DNA from: Mobula hypostoma
Taxonomy: Eukaryota
Direction: 5' to 3'
Assembly: GCF_963921235.1 (NCBI RefSeq)
Contig: NC_086109.1
Coordinates: 8,186,001-8,250,000, forward strand
DNA length: 64,000 nucleotides
The notes under the pieces were generated by a model. That model was given only the letters and a program-made list of their open reading frames with translations, searched no databases and was not told the DNA's origin. Of the stretch, positions 1-13,579 are shown piece by piece (within the stretch, counting starts at the first letter, position 1; every line of letters begins with the position of its first letter). Position numbers and translations under genes: made by a program.

Positions 1-799
1 ATCGCAAAGGTGTGCTGGGGGCAGCCCGCAAGTGTTGTCACGCGTTCCACTGCCAATGTAGCACGTCCATCATGTCAGCAGAACAACATAGAATGCTTGA
101 ACAAAACAGCACACTCAGAAATTCAGTCAGTGGAAGAGAAATCTTGAAGCCAGTGTCTTCCATCTCAAGCCAAAACGAAATATGTGTTTGGCTGCAATAT
201 CCATTGTGAACTGGACCCAGTTCAGGTGGTTCTTCATCAGCCAGCAAACCAAGCATCAGAGTGTGTTTTATGGCTTCCTGTAGTATGCTACGTAGATCAG
301 TATTCTCGTGGACACCTTCCTCAGGGCAAACTTGGTCCCCTCCCAGATCTGGATTTCAGTTCTCTTTCAGGGAATCCCAAGGAACAGAGATCTTTGCATT
401 GTCCAGCTTGCATCCCCAGAGTCTTAACAAGTTGCGTAAACCAATTTCGAAAAGTCGGAAGCAGGATCTTTGGATCGCTGACTTGCCAGTGGATGTCCTG
501 TCTAGACGAGGAAGGAAAGTAATGCTTTGGATTTTTCCCACAGCTTTGTGAGCTGACCTGCTATATTCCCAGGCTGAGCATGTCCATCAGCCATCAAATG
601 CCTTGCTCTTGTCACTTCTGGGGACAAACACCAATACAGTATTCTGAACTCAGTTCAATAAATGCCCATAATTTTAACATTTTGGAATTAGGATTGATTT
701 ATTATTGTCACATACTGAGATACAGTGAAAAGTTTGTCTTACATACTGTTCATAGTGGGGTCAAGAATCCAGTTTATCGCAGTAGGGAACAATGTCCTA

Positions 800-2895
800 C
801 CCTAATATGATAGAATTCACCCTGCAGTTTGAGAGGGAGAAGATAAAGTTGGAGGTATCAGTATTACAATGGAGGAAAGGGAGTTACAAAGGCATGAGAG
901 AGGAGCTAGCCAAAGTTGATTGGAAGGGGACACTAGCAGGGATGACAGCAGACCAGCAATGGCCAGAGTTTCCGCAAGCAATTCAGAAGGGCAGGATAGA
1001 CACATCCCAAAGAAGAACAAGTATTCTGAAGGGAGGATAAGGCAACCATGGCTGACAGAGGACGTCAAAGACAGTATAAAAGCAAAAGAGAGGGCATATA
1101 ATAGAGCAAAAATTATTGGGAGGATAGAGGATTGGGAAACTTTGGAAAAACAACACAAGGCAACTAAAAAAACCATAAAAGAGAAAAAATGAAATATAAA
1201 GGTAAGCTTGCCAAGAAAATAAAAGAGCATATAAAAAGTTTTTTTTTCAGATATATAAAGAGTAAAAGAGAGATGAGAGTGGATATCAGACTGCTGGAAG
1301 ATGATGCTGGAGAGGTAGTAATGGGGGATAAAGAAATGGCGGATGAATTTAATTAGTATTTTGCATCAGTCTTCATGGTGGAAGATACTTAGCAGTATGT
1401 CAGAAATGCAAGAGTCAGGGTAGAAGTGAGTGTTGTTGCTGTTACTAGGGAGAAAAGTGCTTGGAAAGCTGAAAAGTCTGAGGGTAGATAGGTCACCTGG
1501 ACCAGATAGTCTACATTCCAGGGTTCTGAAAGAGGTAACTGAAGCGATTGTGGAGGCATTAGTAATGATTTTTAAAGAATCACTATATTCTGGCATGGTT
1601 CAGGGGGATTGGAAAATTGCAAAGTCTCTCCACTTATTAAGAAGGGAGGGCGAGAGAAGGAAGGAAAATATAGGCCAGTTAGCCTGACTTCAGTGGTTGG
1701 AAAGATGTTAGAGTCTATTATTAAGGATGAGCTTTTGGGGTACATGGGAGACACATGACAAAATAGGCCAAAGACAGCATGGTTTCCTTAAGGGGAAATC
1801 TTGCCTGATCAGTATGTTAGAATTCTCTGAGCAACTAACAGGCAGGATAGACAAAGGAGAGTCAGTGGGTGTTGTTTATTTGGATTTTCAGAAGGTCTTA
1901 GTCAAGGTGCCGCCCAAGGCTGCTGATCAAGTTAAGAGCCCACGATATTACAGGAAAGATACTATCATGGTTAGATGATTGGCTGACTGGCAGGAGGCAG
2001 AGTGGGAATAAAGGGGTTCTATTCTGGTTGGCTACCGGTGATTAGTGGTATTCTGTAGAAGTCGGCGTTGGGACCGCTTCTTTTCACATTATATGTCAAT
2101 GATTTGGATGATGGAATTGTTGACTTTCTGGCCAAGTTTGTGGATGGTACAGACAGGTGGAGAGGCTGATGTTGTTGAGGAAGCAGGGTGTCTGCAGAAG
2201 GACTTAGATAGCTTGGGAGGATGGGCAAAGAAGTGGCAGATAGAATATGGTGTTGGGAAATGTATAGTCTTGCACTTTGCCAGAAAGAATAAAGGTGTGG
2301 GCTGTTTTCCAAATGAGGAGAAAATTTTAAAAATCAGTGTTTCAAAGGGTCTTGGGAGTCCTTGTTCATGATTCCCTAAAGATTAAATTGCAAGTTGGAC
2401 TAGTGGCGAGGAAAGCAAATGCAATGTTAGCATTCATTTTGAGAGGACTAGATTACAAATGCAACGATGTAATACTGAGGTTTTGTAAGGCATTGGTCAC
2501 TTGGAGTATTGTGAGCAGTTTTGGTCCCCTTATCTAAAAAGATGTGCTGGCTTTGGAGGGGGTTCAGAGGAGGTTCACGAGAGTGATCCCAAGTAAGAAA
2601 GGGTTAACATGTGAGGAGCGTTTGATGATTCAGGGGCTGCACTCGCTAGAGATTAGTAGAATGAGGGGGGAATGCATGAAACATATTGAATACTGATAGG
2701 CCTAGATCGTGTCTGTGGAGATCAAGCCATCTGGTATATTTAAGGTGGAGGTTGATAGATTCCTGATTAATCAGGGTGGCAAAGGTTACAGGGAGAAAGC
2801 AGGAGAATGGGTTGAGAGGAATAATAAATCAGTCATAATGGCATAGCAGAGCAGACTCAATGGTTTAATTCTTCTCCTGTGTCTTAAGGTCTTTT
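800..2895 (+). mobile_element. Degraded CR1 LINE (ORF2 reverse transcriptase region through 3' UTR)
   Basis: Frameshifted fragments SPGPDSLHSRVLKEV, QHGFLKGKSCL, GESVGVVYLDFQK, KANAMLAFI, followed by the 3' tail shared with many other copies in the window. Confidence 0.9.
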
Positions 2896-3539
2896 TAACA
2901 GTGTTGTAACAGCAGGGTAGAATCTGCCTTTCATCCTGATGGTATGTGCTTTCAGGCATTTGCATCTGATAGAAGAGAGGAGAAGAGAGAATTTTGATGA
3001 AGAAGTTTGATTTCCATTAAACTTTCTGCCTTTGTCATTCATGCTTGTGCCTGAAGGAATTTGTTAATGTTTCAAAGAGTCTGATTTGGAATTACTTGAA
3101 TTCCCCAGACAATGTGGAATAACATGACCCTTCAGCCTCTGATGCAAGGTGTCCTAGTGTGCAATCATTTTGCAGTTGTAATTGCAAAATGTAACTTTAA
3201 AAACTAATTGCATTACTCAGAAGTTAGGGCAATTAACTCTTCCCAGAACTTGAAAGTTACAGCAACTGCAGTCCTTGCATTTGATGGCAAGGCTTCGGGT
3301 ATGCAGTGTTCATTCTTTGGGAAGACTAATCTCTGTCTTCCTGTTGTTTACGGAGGAAGATTCTGAAAGGACAGTGATTGTTGCACCGAGTTTCATTCAC
3401 TGAATTTGGGAACAGTTGTTTTTCCATAATCATTAGGCTCCTGAACCAGCATGGATAACTTCAGTCACCTCAACACTGAACTGATTCCACAACCTACAGA
3501 CTCACTTTCAATGGCTTTACAACTTCTGTTCTCAGTTTT

Positions 3540-4020
3540 TCCTCCCTCCTGCCCCCACCCCACTCCTCATCCTTCCTCTCCCTCTGCCTCCTTACCCCTC
3601 TTCCCCTCCTTACCCCCTTCCTATTCCCCTTGCCCCATCTTCCTGAATCCCCCTCTGCCCTCTTTTTCATCCCCTCTCCCTGCTCTCACTCCTCCCCTTC
3701 ACCCTCTCTTTCCCCTCCACCTCCTCTCTCCCCCTCCCCCTCTTCCTCCTCTCCCTCCTCTTTCCCCTCCCTCTCTCCCCCCTTTCCCCCTCTCTCTCTC
3801 CCCCCTTTCCCCCTCTCTCTCTCCCCCCTTTCCCCTCTCTCTCCCCCTCCCTCTCTCTCCCTCCCTTTCTCCCCCTCTTCCCCCTCCCCCTCTCTCCCCT
3901 CCCTCTCTCCCCCTCTCTCCCCCTCTCTCCCCCTCTCTCCCCCTCTCTCCCCTCCCTCTCTCCCCCCCTCTCCATCTCTCTCCCCCACCCTTCTCTTCCT
4001 TCTCACCCTCCTCCCTTCTC
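3540..4020. repeat. Polypyrimidine/polypurine (CT-rich) low-complexity tract
   Basis: About 480 nt almost entirely C/T. It produces the spurious Pro/Ser-rich and Gly/Arg/Glu-rich ORFs. Confidence 0.95.
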
Positions 4021-4317
4021 ACATTGGTTGTTTGTTAGTCTTTGTGAACAGTCTTCATAAAATCAGTTGTATTTCTTTATTTTCTTGTAAATACCAACAA
4101 AAAATGAATCTCTGAGTAGTATATACTAATGTATAGTTACCATGATAATAAATTTGACTTTGGTACAGGGTGATCTTAATTTTTGTAGCCTTCCTTATAG
4201 TGATGCTGCTAACGATTGTAATTACTAGTTGCGGTGGTGCTGTACCTCCCACAGCTAATGTCACTATTTACTGCAAATTCTCATGACATCATCAGTTTGA
4301 AGGCTTTGGAATTAGAA

Positions 4318-6040
4318 CTACAGCACAGAAACATGCCCTTCAGCCCATCTAGTTTTTGCCAGCCTGGCCTTATGCTTAGTCCCATTTGCCTGTAGCTGGA
4401 CCATAGCCCTCCAAAGCTCTCCCATCCATCTACATATCCGATTTCTCTTCAGTGTTACAACTGAACTTGCATCTACTACTTCTTCTGGCATCTCATTCCA
4501 CACTTGTACCACCCGTTCAGTGAAGAGTCCTTATATTCTCCTGAAAGAGTTCACCTTTCACCCTAAACTTATGACATCTAGATCTAGTCTCACTTAACCT
4601 TAGTGTAAACGGTCAGCAGGAATTCATTCTATCAATATCCCTCCTCATTTCATATATCCCTATAAGATCTCCCCTCATACTCCTCTGCTCTAGGGAATAA
4701 AGTCCTAACTTGTGCGATCTTTCTTTTACTGAAATTCTTGAAATGGAGCCTAGTGGTTGTTTTGATGATAAGACCACAAGATCCAGGAGCAGAATTAGGT
4801 CGTTCAGTCCATTGAGTCTGCTCTGCCATTCCATCGTGGCTGATTTACTATCCCTTACAACCCCATTCTCCAGCCTTCTCTCCATAACCTTTTGAAGACT
4901 TGATTAATCAAGAACCTATCAACCTTTTCTTTAGATGTACCCATTGACTTGACCTCCACAGCTGTCTGGGGCAATGAAGTCCACAGATTCACCACCCTCT
5001 GGCTCGAGAAAGTTTTCCTCATCTCTTTTTTAAATGTATGTCCCTCAGTTCTGAGGTCTGGAGAAACTGGATATGGAGAGGATGCCTGCTGTGGTAGGGG
5101 AGTCTAGGACTAGAGGGCACAGCCTCAGAATTGAGGGTCATCCAATTAGGACAGAGATTAGTAAAATTTTCTTTAGCCAGAGGCTGGTGAATCTCTGAGG
5201 GCCTAGCCTCAGAGTAGAGGGATGACCATTTAGAACAGAATCCACATCCACTCTATCCAGATCTTTCAATATTCAATAGGTGTTAATGAGATCCCCCCCC
5301 CCCCCGCCATTCTTCTAGACTCCAGCGAGTACAGGCTCTGAGCCATCAAATGCTGCTCGTATCTTAACCCGTTCATTCCCAGGATCATTATCATGAACCT
5401 CGTCCGACTCTCTCTAATGCCAGAGCTTCCTTTCTTAGATAAGGGGGCCTAAAGCAGCTCACAACACTCCAACACGAGGAAATCTGCAGATGCTGGAATT
5501 TCAAGCAACACACATAAAAGTTGCTGGTGAATGCAGCAGGCCAGGCAGCATCTATAGGAAGAGGTACAATACTCCAAGTTTGTTATCTTTATAGCGAGCC
5601 AAGATTTTAAAATTCTAATTGGAAGTGGATTAAAATGTTAGACCATAAGACATAGGGGCAAAATTAGGCCATTCAGTCCATCGAATCATGGCTAATTTAT
5701 TAACCCTCAATACCCCATTCTCTTGCCTTATCCCTGTAACCTTTGACACTCTTACGAATCAAGAAACTGTCAGCCTTCGCTTTAAGTATACCTGATGACT
5801 TGGACTCTACAGCCATCTTTGGCAATGAATTCCACAGAGTCACTACCTCTGGCTAAAGAAACTCCTCCTCATATCTGTACTATATGGACGTCCCTCTACT
5901 CTGAGGCTGTGCCCTCTGTTCCTGGGTTCCCTCACTATAGGGAACATCCCCTCCATATCCACTCTATCTAGGCTTTTCTACATTCGATAGGTTTCAGTAG
6001 GATTCTGCCCTCATTCTTCTAAGTTCCACCGAGTACAGGT
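4318..6040 (-). mobile_element. Cluster of CR1 3'-end fragments, mostly minus strand, with a short inverted piece at about 5060-5240
   Basis: Minus-strand peptides LGLYSLEQRSMRGDLI and VWNEMPEEVVDA; repeated tail motif gaccataagacataggagcagaattaggccattc. Confidence 0.8.
5473..5565 (-). mobile_element. Short Penelope terminal fragment with 12-bp TSD
   Basis: Matches the end of the PLE at 55567-55660. Flanked by acaacactccaa (5461-5472) and acaatactccaa (5566-5577). Confidence 0.8.
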
Positions 6041-6879
6041 TTATTACGTTAGCGAGGTTTCCAGAACTCATTGCCTCAAAAAAATTAAGCAGAGCTCAAT
6101 TAACACGAGAGATTCTACAGATGCTCGAAATCTGGAGAAATACATACACACACGCACACACACACACACACACGTGGTGGAGATGCTCAGCAGGTCAGGC
6201 ACCATCTTTGGACGTATCAGTATCAGGCCGAGACCCTTCACTAGGACTGGAAAGGAAGGGGGAAGAAGCCAGAATAAGAAGGTGAAGGGAGGGGAACATC
6301 TGCAAGCTGGCAGGTGATTGGTGAAACCAAGTGGGTGGGGGAGGGGGGATGGTGAGAATCTGTGAGGGGATAGGTGGAGAAGGCAAAGGGCTGAAGAAGG
6401 AGGAATCTGATAGGAGAGATGAAGGGGGGGGGGGCATCAGGGGGAGGTTTCTGTACCTGTCCTACATCGGACAGAAGTAGCAGCCTCTGTTGGAGTGATA
6501 GTGTTGCGCTGAGTTCTTTTTTGTTGGCAGTCCCTGGAATTTGACTCCAGACCTGGGCTGCGTAATTAAATGGCATGTTTCTTTGCAGTGACTGTTGCTT
6601 TTTCCTCCGCTACTGTTTGTTTTTCTGGGAACTCTGGTTTGGAAACCACTGAAATATTTTTTCCATAGCTCTGCACCAGACCACAGTGAGCTGGAGCTAA
6701 TAGAATATTGTCCCACTCTCTAAGGTCAATCTAACCCTTCCCTCCTGCACAATCCTCCAATTTTCTGTCATTCCATGTGCCTATCTGGCATTTTCTTCAA
6801 TGCTCCTACAACCACCCATAAGTGTTCCACCCACTCACCACTCTCAGTATAAAAATATCCTTCTCACACACCCTCCCCC

Positions 6880-7735
6880 CACATAGGAGCAGAATTAGGC
6901 CATTTGGCCCATCAGGTCTACTTTGCCGTTTCATCATGGCTTATCCATTTTCCTCTCTTCCCTTCTCCCTGTATCTCTTCATGCCCTGACCAATCTGTCA
7001 ACCTCTGCCTTAAATATACATAAAGATTTGGCCTCCCCAGGTGTCTGTGGCAAAGAATTCCACGGATTCACCACTCTCTGGCTAAAGAAATTCCTCCTCA
7101 TATTCTGTTCTAAAAGGATGCCCCTCTATTCTGAGGCTTCGTCCTGTGGGCTTAGACTCTCCCACCACAGGAAACATCCTCTCCACATCCAGTCTTTCAA
7201 GGCCTTTCAACATTCAATAGGTTTCAATTAGGTCACCCCTCTTTCTTCTAAATTCTAGTGAATACAGGCTCAGAGCCATCAGACATTCTTCATATGACAA
7301 GCCGCTCAATCCTGGAATAATTTTCATGAACCTCCTTTGAACCCTCTCCAGTTTCAGCACATCCTTTCTAAGATAAGGGGCCCAAAACTGCTCACAGTAC
7401 TCCAAGTGAGGCCTCACCAGTGCTTTATAAAGTCTCAACATTACATCCTTGCATTTATATTCTAGTCCTCTTGAAATGAATGCTAACGTTGCATTTGCCT
7501 TCCTCACCACAGACTCAACCTGCAAATGAACCTTTAGCGAATCCTGCACAAGGATTCCCAAGTCCCTTTGACCTCAGTTTTTTGTATTTTCTGTCCATTT
7601 AGAAAATAGTCATTCATTTTTTTTTACCAAAGCACATGACCATATACTTCCCAACACCATATTCTATCTGCCATTTCTTTGGTCATTCTCCTAATCTGCC
7701 TTAAGTCCTTCAGCAGCCTCTCTATTTCCTCAAAA
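6880..7735 (-). mobile_element. CR1 LINE 3' fragment
   Basis: ORF 7214-7561 contains RLYKALVRPHLEYCEQFWAPYLRKD..LERVQRRF, the CR1 ORF2 C-terminus. Confidence 0.92.
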
Positions 7736-7745
7736 ATTCCTAAAT

Positions 7746-7825
7746 CAGGGGTTCCCAACCTGGAATTCACAAACCCCTCCGTTAATGGTAGGGGTCCATG
7801 GCATTACAATAGGTGGGAACCACTG
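7746..7825. mobile_element. hAT (Charlie-like) MITE, degenerate
   Basis: Starts caggggttcccaacc and ends gggaaccactg; same family as the copies at 14298 and 14802. Confidence 0.7.
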
Positions 7826-8377
7826 AGCTAGATGGAGAGGATGTGATGAAATTTCAGAGCAGAATGGCCTAATTCTACTCCTCTGTTTTACGGACTTTGG
7901 CTGGAATCTGGGTCATCTGTAGTGATCGTCTGGTCAGTCCTGGTGTTAAGGCGGGAGATTCACGCAATGTTTTCTCAAGGCCAGCAGAGTAGGGGCAGAA
8001 TGAGCTGTAAGATCGCAGTTCAATCCCTGTCACTGTCTGTAAGTACATTCCCGTTGTGACTACATATATTTCCTCCAAGTGCTCCGGTTTCCTCCCACAT
8101 TCCAAAAACGTACAGGTTAGGGTTAGTAAGTTGTGGGCATGCTACGTTAGCGCCAGAAGCATAGCAACACTTGCCGGCTACCCCCAGCGCATCATCAGAC
8201 TGTGTGGGCTGTTGACCCAAGCGACGCATTTCACTGTGAGTTTTGAAGTTTTATGTACATGTGATAAATGAAGCTAATCTTTACAAATCTAATCTTTAAA
8301 TGACTCTGCCCAGCATCGGGTTATGCATGTAAAGTGTGAAATAAGGATGTGGCCAAACAGAAATATAATCCTTATTG

Positions 8378-8920
8378 CTGTGGCCACTTTATTAGGTACA
8401 CCTGTACACTTGCTCATTAATACAAATGTCTAGTCAGTCAATCATGTGGCAGTAACTCAGTACATAAAAGCATGCAGACATAGTCAAGAGGTTCAGTTGT
8501 GATTTAGAACAAACAGCAGAATGGGGAAGAAATATGATCTAAGTGTCATTGCCCATGGAACGATTGCTGGTGCCAGACAGGGTGGTTTGAGTATCTTGGA
8601 AACTGCTGATCTCCTGAGATTTTCACGTACCACAGTCTCTAGAGTTTACAGAGAATGGTGCAAAAACAAAAAACAAAAATCATCCAGTGAGTGGCAATTC
8701 TGTGGGTGAAAATGCTTTGTTAATGAGAGAGGTCAGAAGTGAATATCCAGACTGGTTTAAACTGACAGTAACTCAAATAACCACGTGTTACAACAGTGGT
8801 GTGCAGAAGACCATCCCGGTACAGGACAACACGTCGAACCTTGATGTGGGTGGGTTACAACAGTCGAAGACCATGAACATACTCTCAGTGGCAGGTACCT
8901 AACAAATTGGCCACTGAGTG
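8378..8920 (+). mobile_element. Internally deleted Tc1-like transposon
   Basis: TIR gtggccactttattaggtac / tggccactgagtg; HTH remnant MGKKYDLS..GARQGGLSILETADLLRFSRTTVSRVYREW. Confidence 0.85.
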
Positions 8921-9739
8921 TAGCTCTTTCTAATCGCCTTGAATGTTTATGTGCAAGCACTAAATTAATTTGATTGAATAATTTGGTTCACTAATGATTC
9001 AAGCAGAAACCTTTCAAAATTTTAAATAATTGGTGCTCTTGTGTAGTTCCCCAGAGATTCCATACTTTGCAGATAAAATTGTCAAGAGCATCATGAAGTC
9101 TGTGAACGTTTTTGTATCCTTTCTTATTCCTGTTCAGCAACAAGCCATTATAAATTTCTGTTGTCATGGGAATTGAAACCAAGCATTTGAATGCTTAATA
9201 AAACGTTAAATTGGTAAGTTGCAGAAGCCATCAGTGTTCCTGTACTTAATGAAGAGATATATGGTTTGGGCGGTAAACTGTGTCGAGGGTAATGGGTGGG
9301 TCATCACCTTAATGATTGCAGGGAGCAGCCAGAAAGGGATGTAGAACCTACTGTTGGATCCCTTTGATCACATAATGACTTGTTCTAGATTTTAAAAGAT
9401 TGGAATTAGTTTATTATTCACAAGCTATGTGTTACAGTGAAAATATTTTGTGTGCCATGCTGACAGATTATTCCGTATACAAGTACATCAAGGTACTAAA
9501 GAGGAAAACAAAATGCAGAATATCGTGTTATAGTCACAGAGGAAGCACAGTGCAGGTAGACCATTCCATTAATGTCCAAGGGTCATAACGAGGTAGATTG
9601 TGAGGTTAGGATTACAGCTTTTCATTATCCTACTGGGGGAACATTCAATAGTCCAATAATCATAAGGCGTAGGAGCAGAATTGGGCTCTCCGGCCCATCG
9701 AGTCTGCCATTCCATATGGCATATGTCATACGAGTCTGT

Positions 9740-10490
9740 CACATGAAGAGCGTTTGATGACACCGCACTTGTATTCACTAGCATTCAGAAGACTGAGGGG
9801 TGACCTAATTGAAACGTATCGAATGTTGAAAGGCCTCAAAAGAGTGGATGTGGAGAGGATGTTTCCTATGGTGGGGAGTCGAAGATCAGAGAACACAGCC
9901 TCAGAGTAGAGGAGCGCCCTTTTAGAACAGAGATGAGGAGGAATTTCTATAGCCAGGGAGTGGTGGATCTGTGGAATTCGTTGCCACAGGCAATTGTGGA
10001 GGTCAAGTCTTTTAGGTATATTTAAGGCTGATAGATTCTTGATTGGTCATGGCATGAAGGGATGGGGAGAAGGCAGAAGGTTGGGGGTGAGAGGGAAAAT
10101 GGATCGGCCATGATGAAAGACTCAGTGGGCCAAATGGCTTAATTCTGCTCCAGTATCTTACGGTCTTATGGTCCATCATGGCTGATTTCCCTCTCAACCT
10201 AACTAACATTTTCTTCACCCTAACCAATCAGCCTCTGCATTAACTTTACCCAATGACTTGGCCTCCACGGCCACCTGTGATAACGAGTTCCACAGATTCA
10301 CAACCCTCTATTGAAAGAAATTCCACTTCATCTCTCTTCCAAAGGAATGTCCTTCTATTCTGAGGCTGTGCCCTCTGGTCGTAGACTCGCACACTGTAGG
10401 AAACGTCCTCTCAACGTCCACTCTATCTGGGCCTTACAATATTTGATGGGTAAGGCCATCAAATCTTCCTCATATGTTAACCCTTCCATA
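9740..10490. mobile_element. Two CR1 3' fragments arranged tail-to-tail (inverted pair)
   Basis: 9740-10170 reads as the CR1 3' end on +; 10170-10490 is the reverse complement of the same region. Confidence 0.75.
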
Positions 10491-10829
10491 AAGTGACAGG
10501 TTGTGGTCCTTAAGGTTGTCACAGCCAGGGGAGGTGGTGGGGGATAAACTACCCTGTAGTGTGTGCCTCCAGCAGCCTCTGACAACCAGCTCCTGGCCCT
10601 TCACTTGTGACTAATCACAGGACAATTTATGATGACTAATTAACCTACTAACTCGTACGCCTTTGGACTGTGGGAGGAAGCCAAAGCTGCCGGAGGAAAC
10701 CACGTGGTCACAGGGGGAGTGTAGAAGCTCCTTACAGACAGTACTGGAATTGGAACAGTAAACTCCCGACAGCTCGAGCTGTAATACTGTTGCACTAGCC
10801 TCCATTTTACCGCGGCACCCTATTACCCA

Positions 10830-11343
10830 GTGAAGTGGCCACGGAGTGTATGTTCATGGCCTTCTGCTGCTGTAGCCCATCCACTTTGAGCTTCGACGTG
10901 TTGTCCGTTCAGAGATGCCCTTCTGCACACCACTGTTGTAACGTGTGGCTATTTGAGTTACTGTCACCTCCCTGTCAGCTTGAACCAGTCTGGCCATTCT
11001 CCTCTGACCTCTCTCATTAACAAGTCATTTTCACCTGCAGAACTGCTGCTCTCTGGATGATTTTTGTTTTTTGCACCATTCTCTGTAAACTCTAGAGACT
11101 GTTGTGCATGAACATCCCAGGATCCCAGTTTCTGAGATACTCAAACCACCCCGTCTGGCACCAACAGTCATTCCACTTAGATCACATTTCTTCCCCATTC
11201 TGATGTTTGGGTCTGAACAACAACTGAACCTCCTGACCATGTTTGCATATTTTTATGCATTGAGTTGCTGCCACTTGATTGGCTGATTAAATATTGCATT
11301 AACGAGCAAATGTAGAGGTGTACCTAAGAAAGTGGCCACTGAA
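10830..11343 (-). mobile_element. Internally deleted Tc1-like transposon (same family as 8378)
   Basis: ORF 11031-11240 MGKKCDLSG..GARRGGLSISET..VSRVYREW; gtggccac termini. Confidence 0.85.
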
Positions 11344-13579
11344 TATATTCCATTGTTACTTTGCCTTGTGTTACCTCAATGTGCGGTTGTAATGAATTGA
11401 TCTGCACGAACAGTGAGGAAGACGAGCTTTTCCACGACTTTGGTGCATAATAAAGCAATTTACCAATTAATGGTCACTAATGATCTGAACAACAAATTAA
11501 GTTGTTTTCAACTAGTTCAATGTTCAAGAGTAAGTTTATAATCAAAGTACTTGTATGTCGCCATATTCTACTGTGAGATTCAATTTCTTACAGGCATTCA
11601 CAGGAAAGCAAAATAAAATGCAATAGAGTTTATGAAAGACTAATTATAAACAAAGACTGTCAAACAACTAAAGTGAAAAGAAGAGAAACTGTGCAAGGAA
11701 TTTATTGTTCTGTTAAGAAACTCCTAGATGGGCTCAAGGATGGTAGAAAAATAGACAGTTATGTAGGAGAGAAGGGTTAGTTTAATCTTCGAGTCGGTTA
11801 AAAGGGACGGTACAACATCACGAGCCAAAGGACCTGTAATGTGAGGGAATACTCCATTAATTTATGCAAAACTATACAAAAGCAAAGACTGACACAAGCA
11901 AACGAATGTGCAAAAAAAGACAAATTGTACAAACAAATAATACTAAGAACATGAGTTGTGGAGTCCTTGAAAGTGAGTCCGCAGGCTGTGGGGTCAGTTC
12001 AGGGTTGAGGTGAGTGAACTTATCCACGCTGGTTCAGGAGCCTGTGTCACTGCTGTAGTCAGGAGCGATTGTAAAATCACTAGTTTGCTTCGATGTATTA
12101 GCGTTCGGCAGCTGACTTTTTTCCAAATAGGATTTCAGTGGATTAGCCATCTTTAGTCACTGGCTGGCAAGCCCAGATGGGTGTCAGAGTTTAGTGAAAG
12201 CAGTTTAGGAAGTGGGCTAGGAGTTGTCTGAGGTGTGTTGGCAATCTACATTTAGTGGACGTTTGCTTGATCTCGCGATTAAAAGCTGTGTTACTAATCT
12301 GATCCCTTCAACTGTGTGGTGTATTTATTGTCTATTGAGTTACTGTGCGCAATGGGCCTTTCGGGCCCTTCAAGCCACGCCGCCCAGTGTCCCCCAGTTG
12401 AATCCTATCCTAATCACGGGACAAATTACACTGACCAATTAGCCTGCTAAATGGTACTTCTCTGGACCGTGGGAGGAAACCAGAGCACCCGGAGGAAACC
12501 CACGCGGTCACGGGGAGAATGTACAAACTCCTTACAGGCAGTGGAGGAAATCTTAGATGAATCAAATTACTTCTGATGAACTCTGAGTATTGATATTTGT
12601 AAAAGAACCTTATTGATGTTTTTAATTAATTAAATCTGGTGAGTTGGCGGTGCCTTCCGACGCAGTGGCCTCTCTGAGCCCAACCAAAGGTGTTTTTGTC
12701 TTTGTTAAACTTTTTTTTTTACAATCGCAAGACAATGCTGGACATTAAGAGCTTCAGGTAATGCAGGTCTACCCCCATCAGCGAGTTGCAGAGGAGCTGG
12801 AGGAGTTAGATTTGGTGCGGACCGTGTTGCTGTCCACTACAGATAAGCGTTGGAGTCGATACATGAAGGCACCGTGCAGTCTAACAGCAAGCGATTGGCT
12901 TAGACGTTTTTCTTGGTGATCAGAAGATCCTGCTGCAAGTCTGGTTTACTGGCGAGACCCAAAGCCGTGGGGAGCTACGTGGCCTCGTTTGTAGCGATGA
13001 CTAGGCCTCATGCCGCAGAGCCATTCAGGAGGGGAGAGGCTCAAGGTGGTATTGTGCTGCCTGATGCTGGATTGGGGGCTTGCACCTCCCACCAGTGCTG
13101 CCCTCCGGTGTTCGCTTGGTGGAAGACAAGCATTGTGTGTGTACATTCGTCTGTGGACAGCTGAGAGCTTGTTCTTGCTGACAACACCCATACACCATCA
13201 GTTTACAGGACATGTCACTCAGTGACTCGGGCTGTATTTTTTTGTGTGACTGTGTGTTTACTGCTATCTTATTGTCCTGTGCTGTGTGTGACTGTTGGTG
13301 CTTACATTTGGCATCTTGGCCCTGGAGTAACTGTTTCGTTTGGCTCTATTCATGTGCACTGCCCTGACTTGTATATTGGCATGCGTGTCACGTAAACAGC
13401 TGGGATGCAATACCCATGGTCAGCGCCAATCAATGGAGGACCTCCTTCATGTATGGTTGAATGATAATTAAACTTGGACTTGAAAGTAGTGTCTGTCTCC
13501 AAGGGCCCCCCACCATCCAGGCCAGGAGGTCTATGAATCTCAGGTCCCACACCACTAGGTTCAGGAAGAGTTAGTACCT

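Noticed and set aside
1..700. Possible ATP2B4 start exon or other coding sequence (ORF beginning FGC at 184)
   Set aside because: No similarity to the PMCA N-terminus beyond a chance tripeptide; the start exon is not in this window.
3451..4115. Overlapping Pro/Ser-rich and Gly/Arg/Glu-rich ORFs
   Set aside because: Artefacts of a stop-free CT-rich tract.
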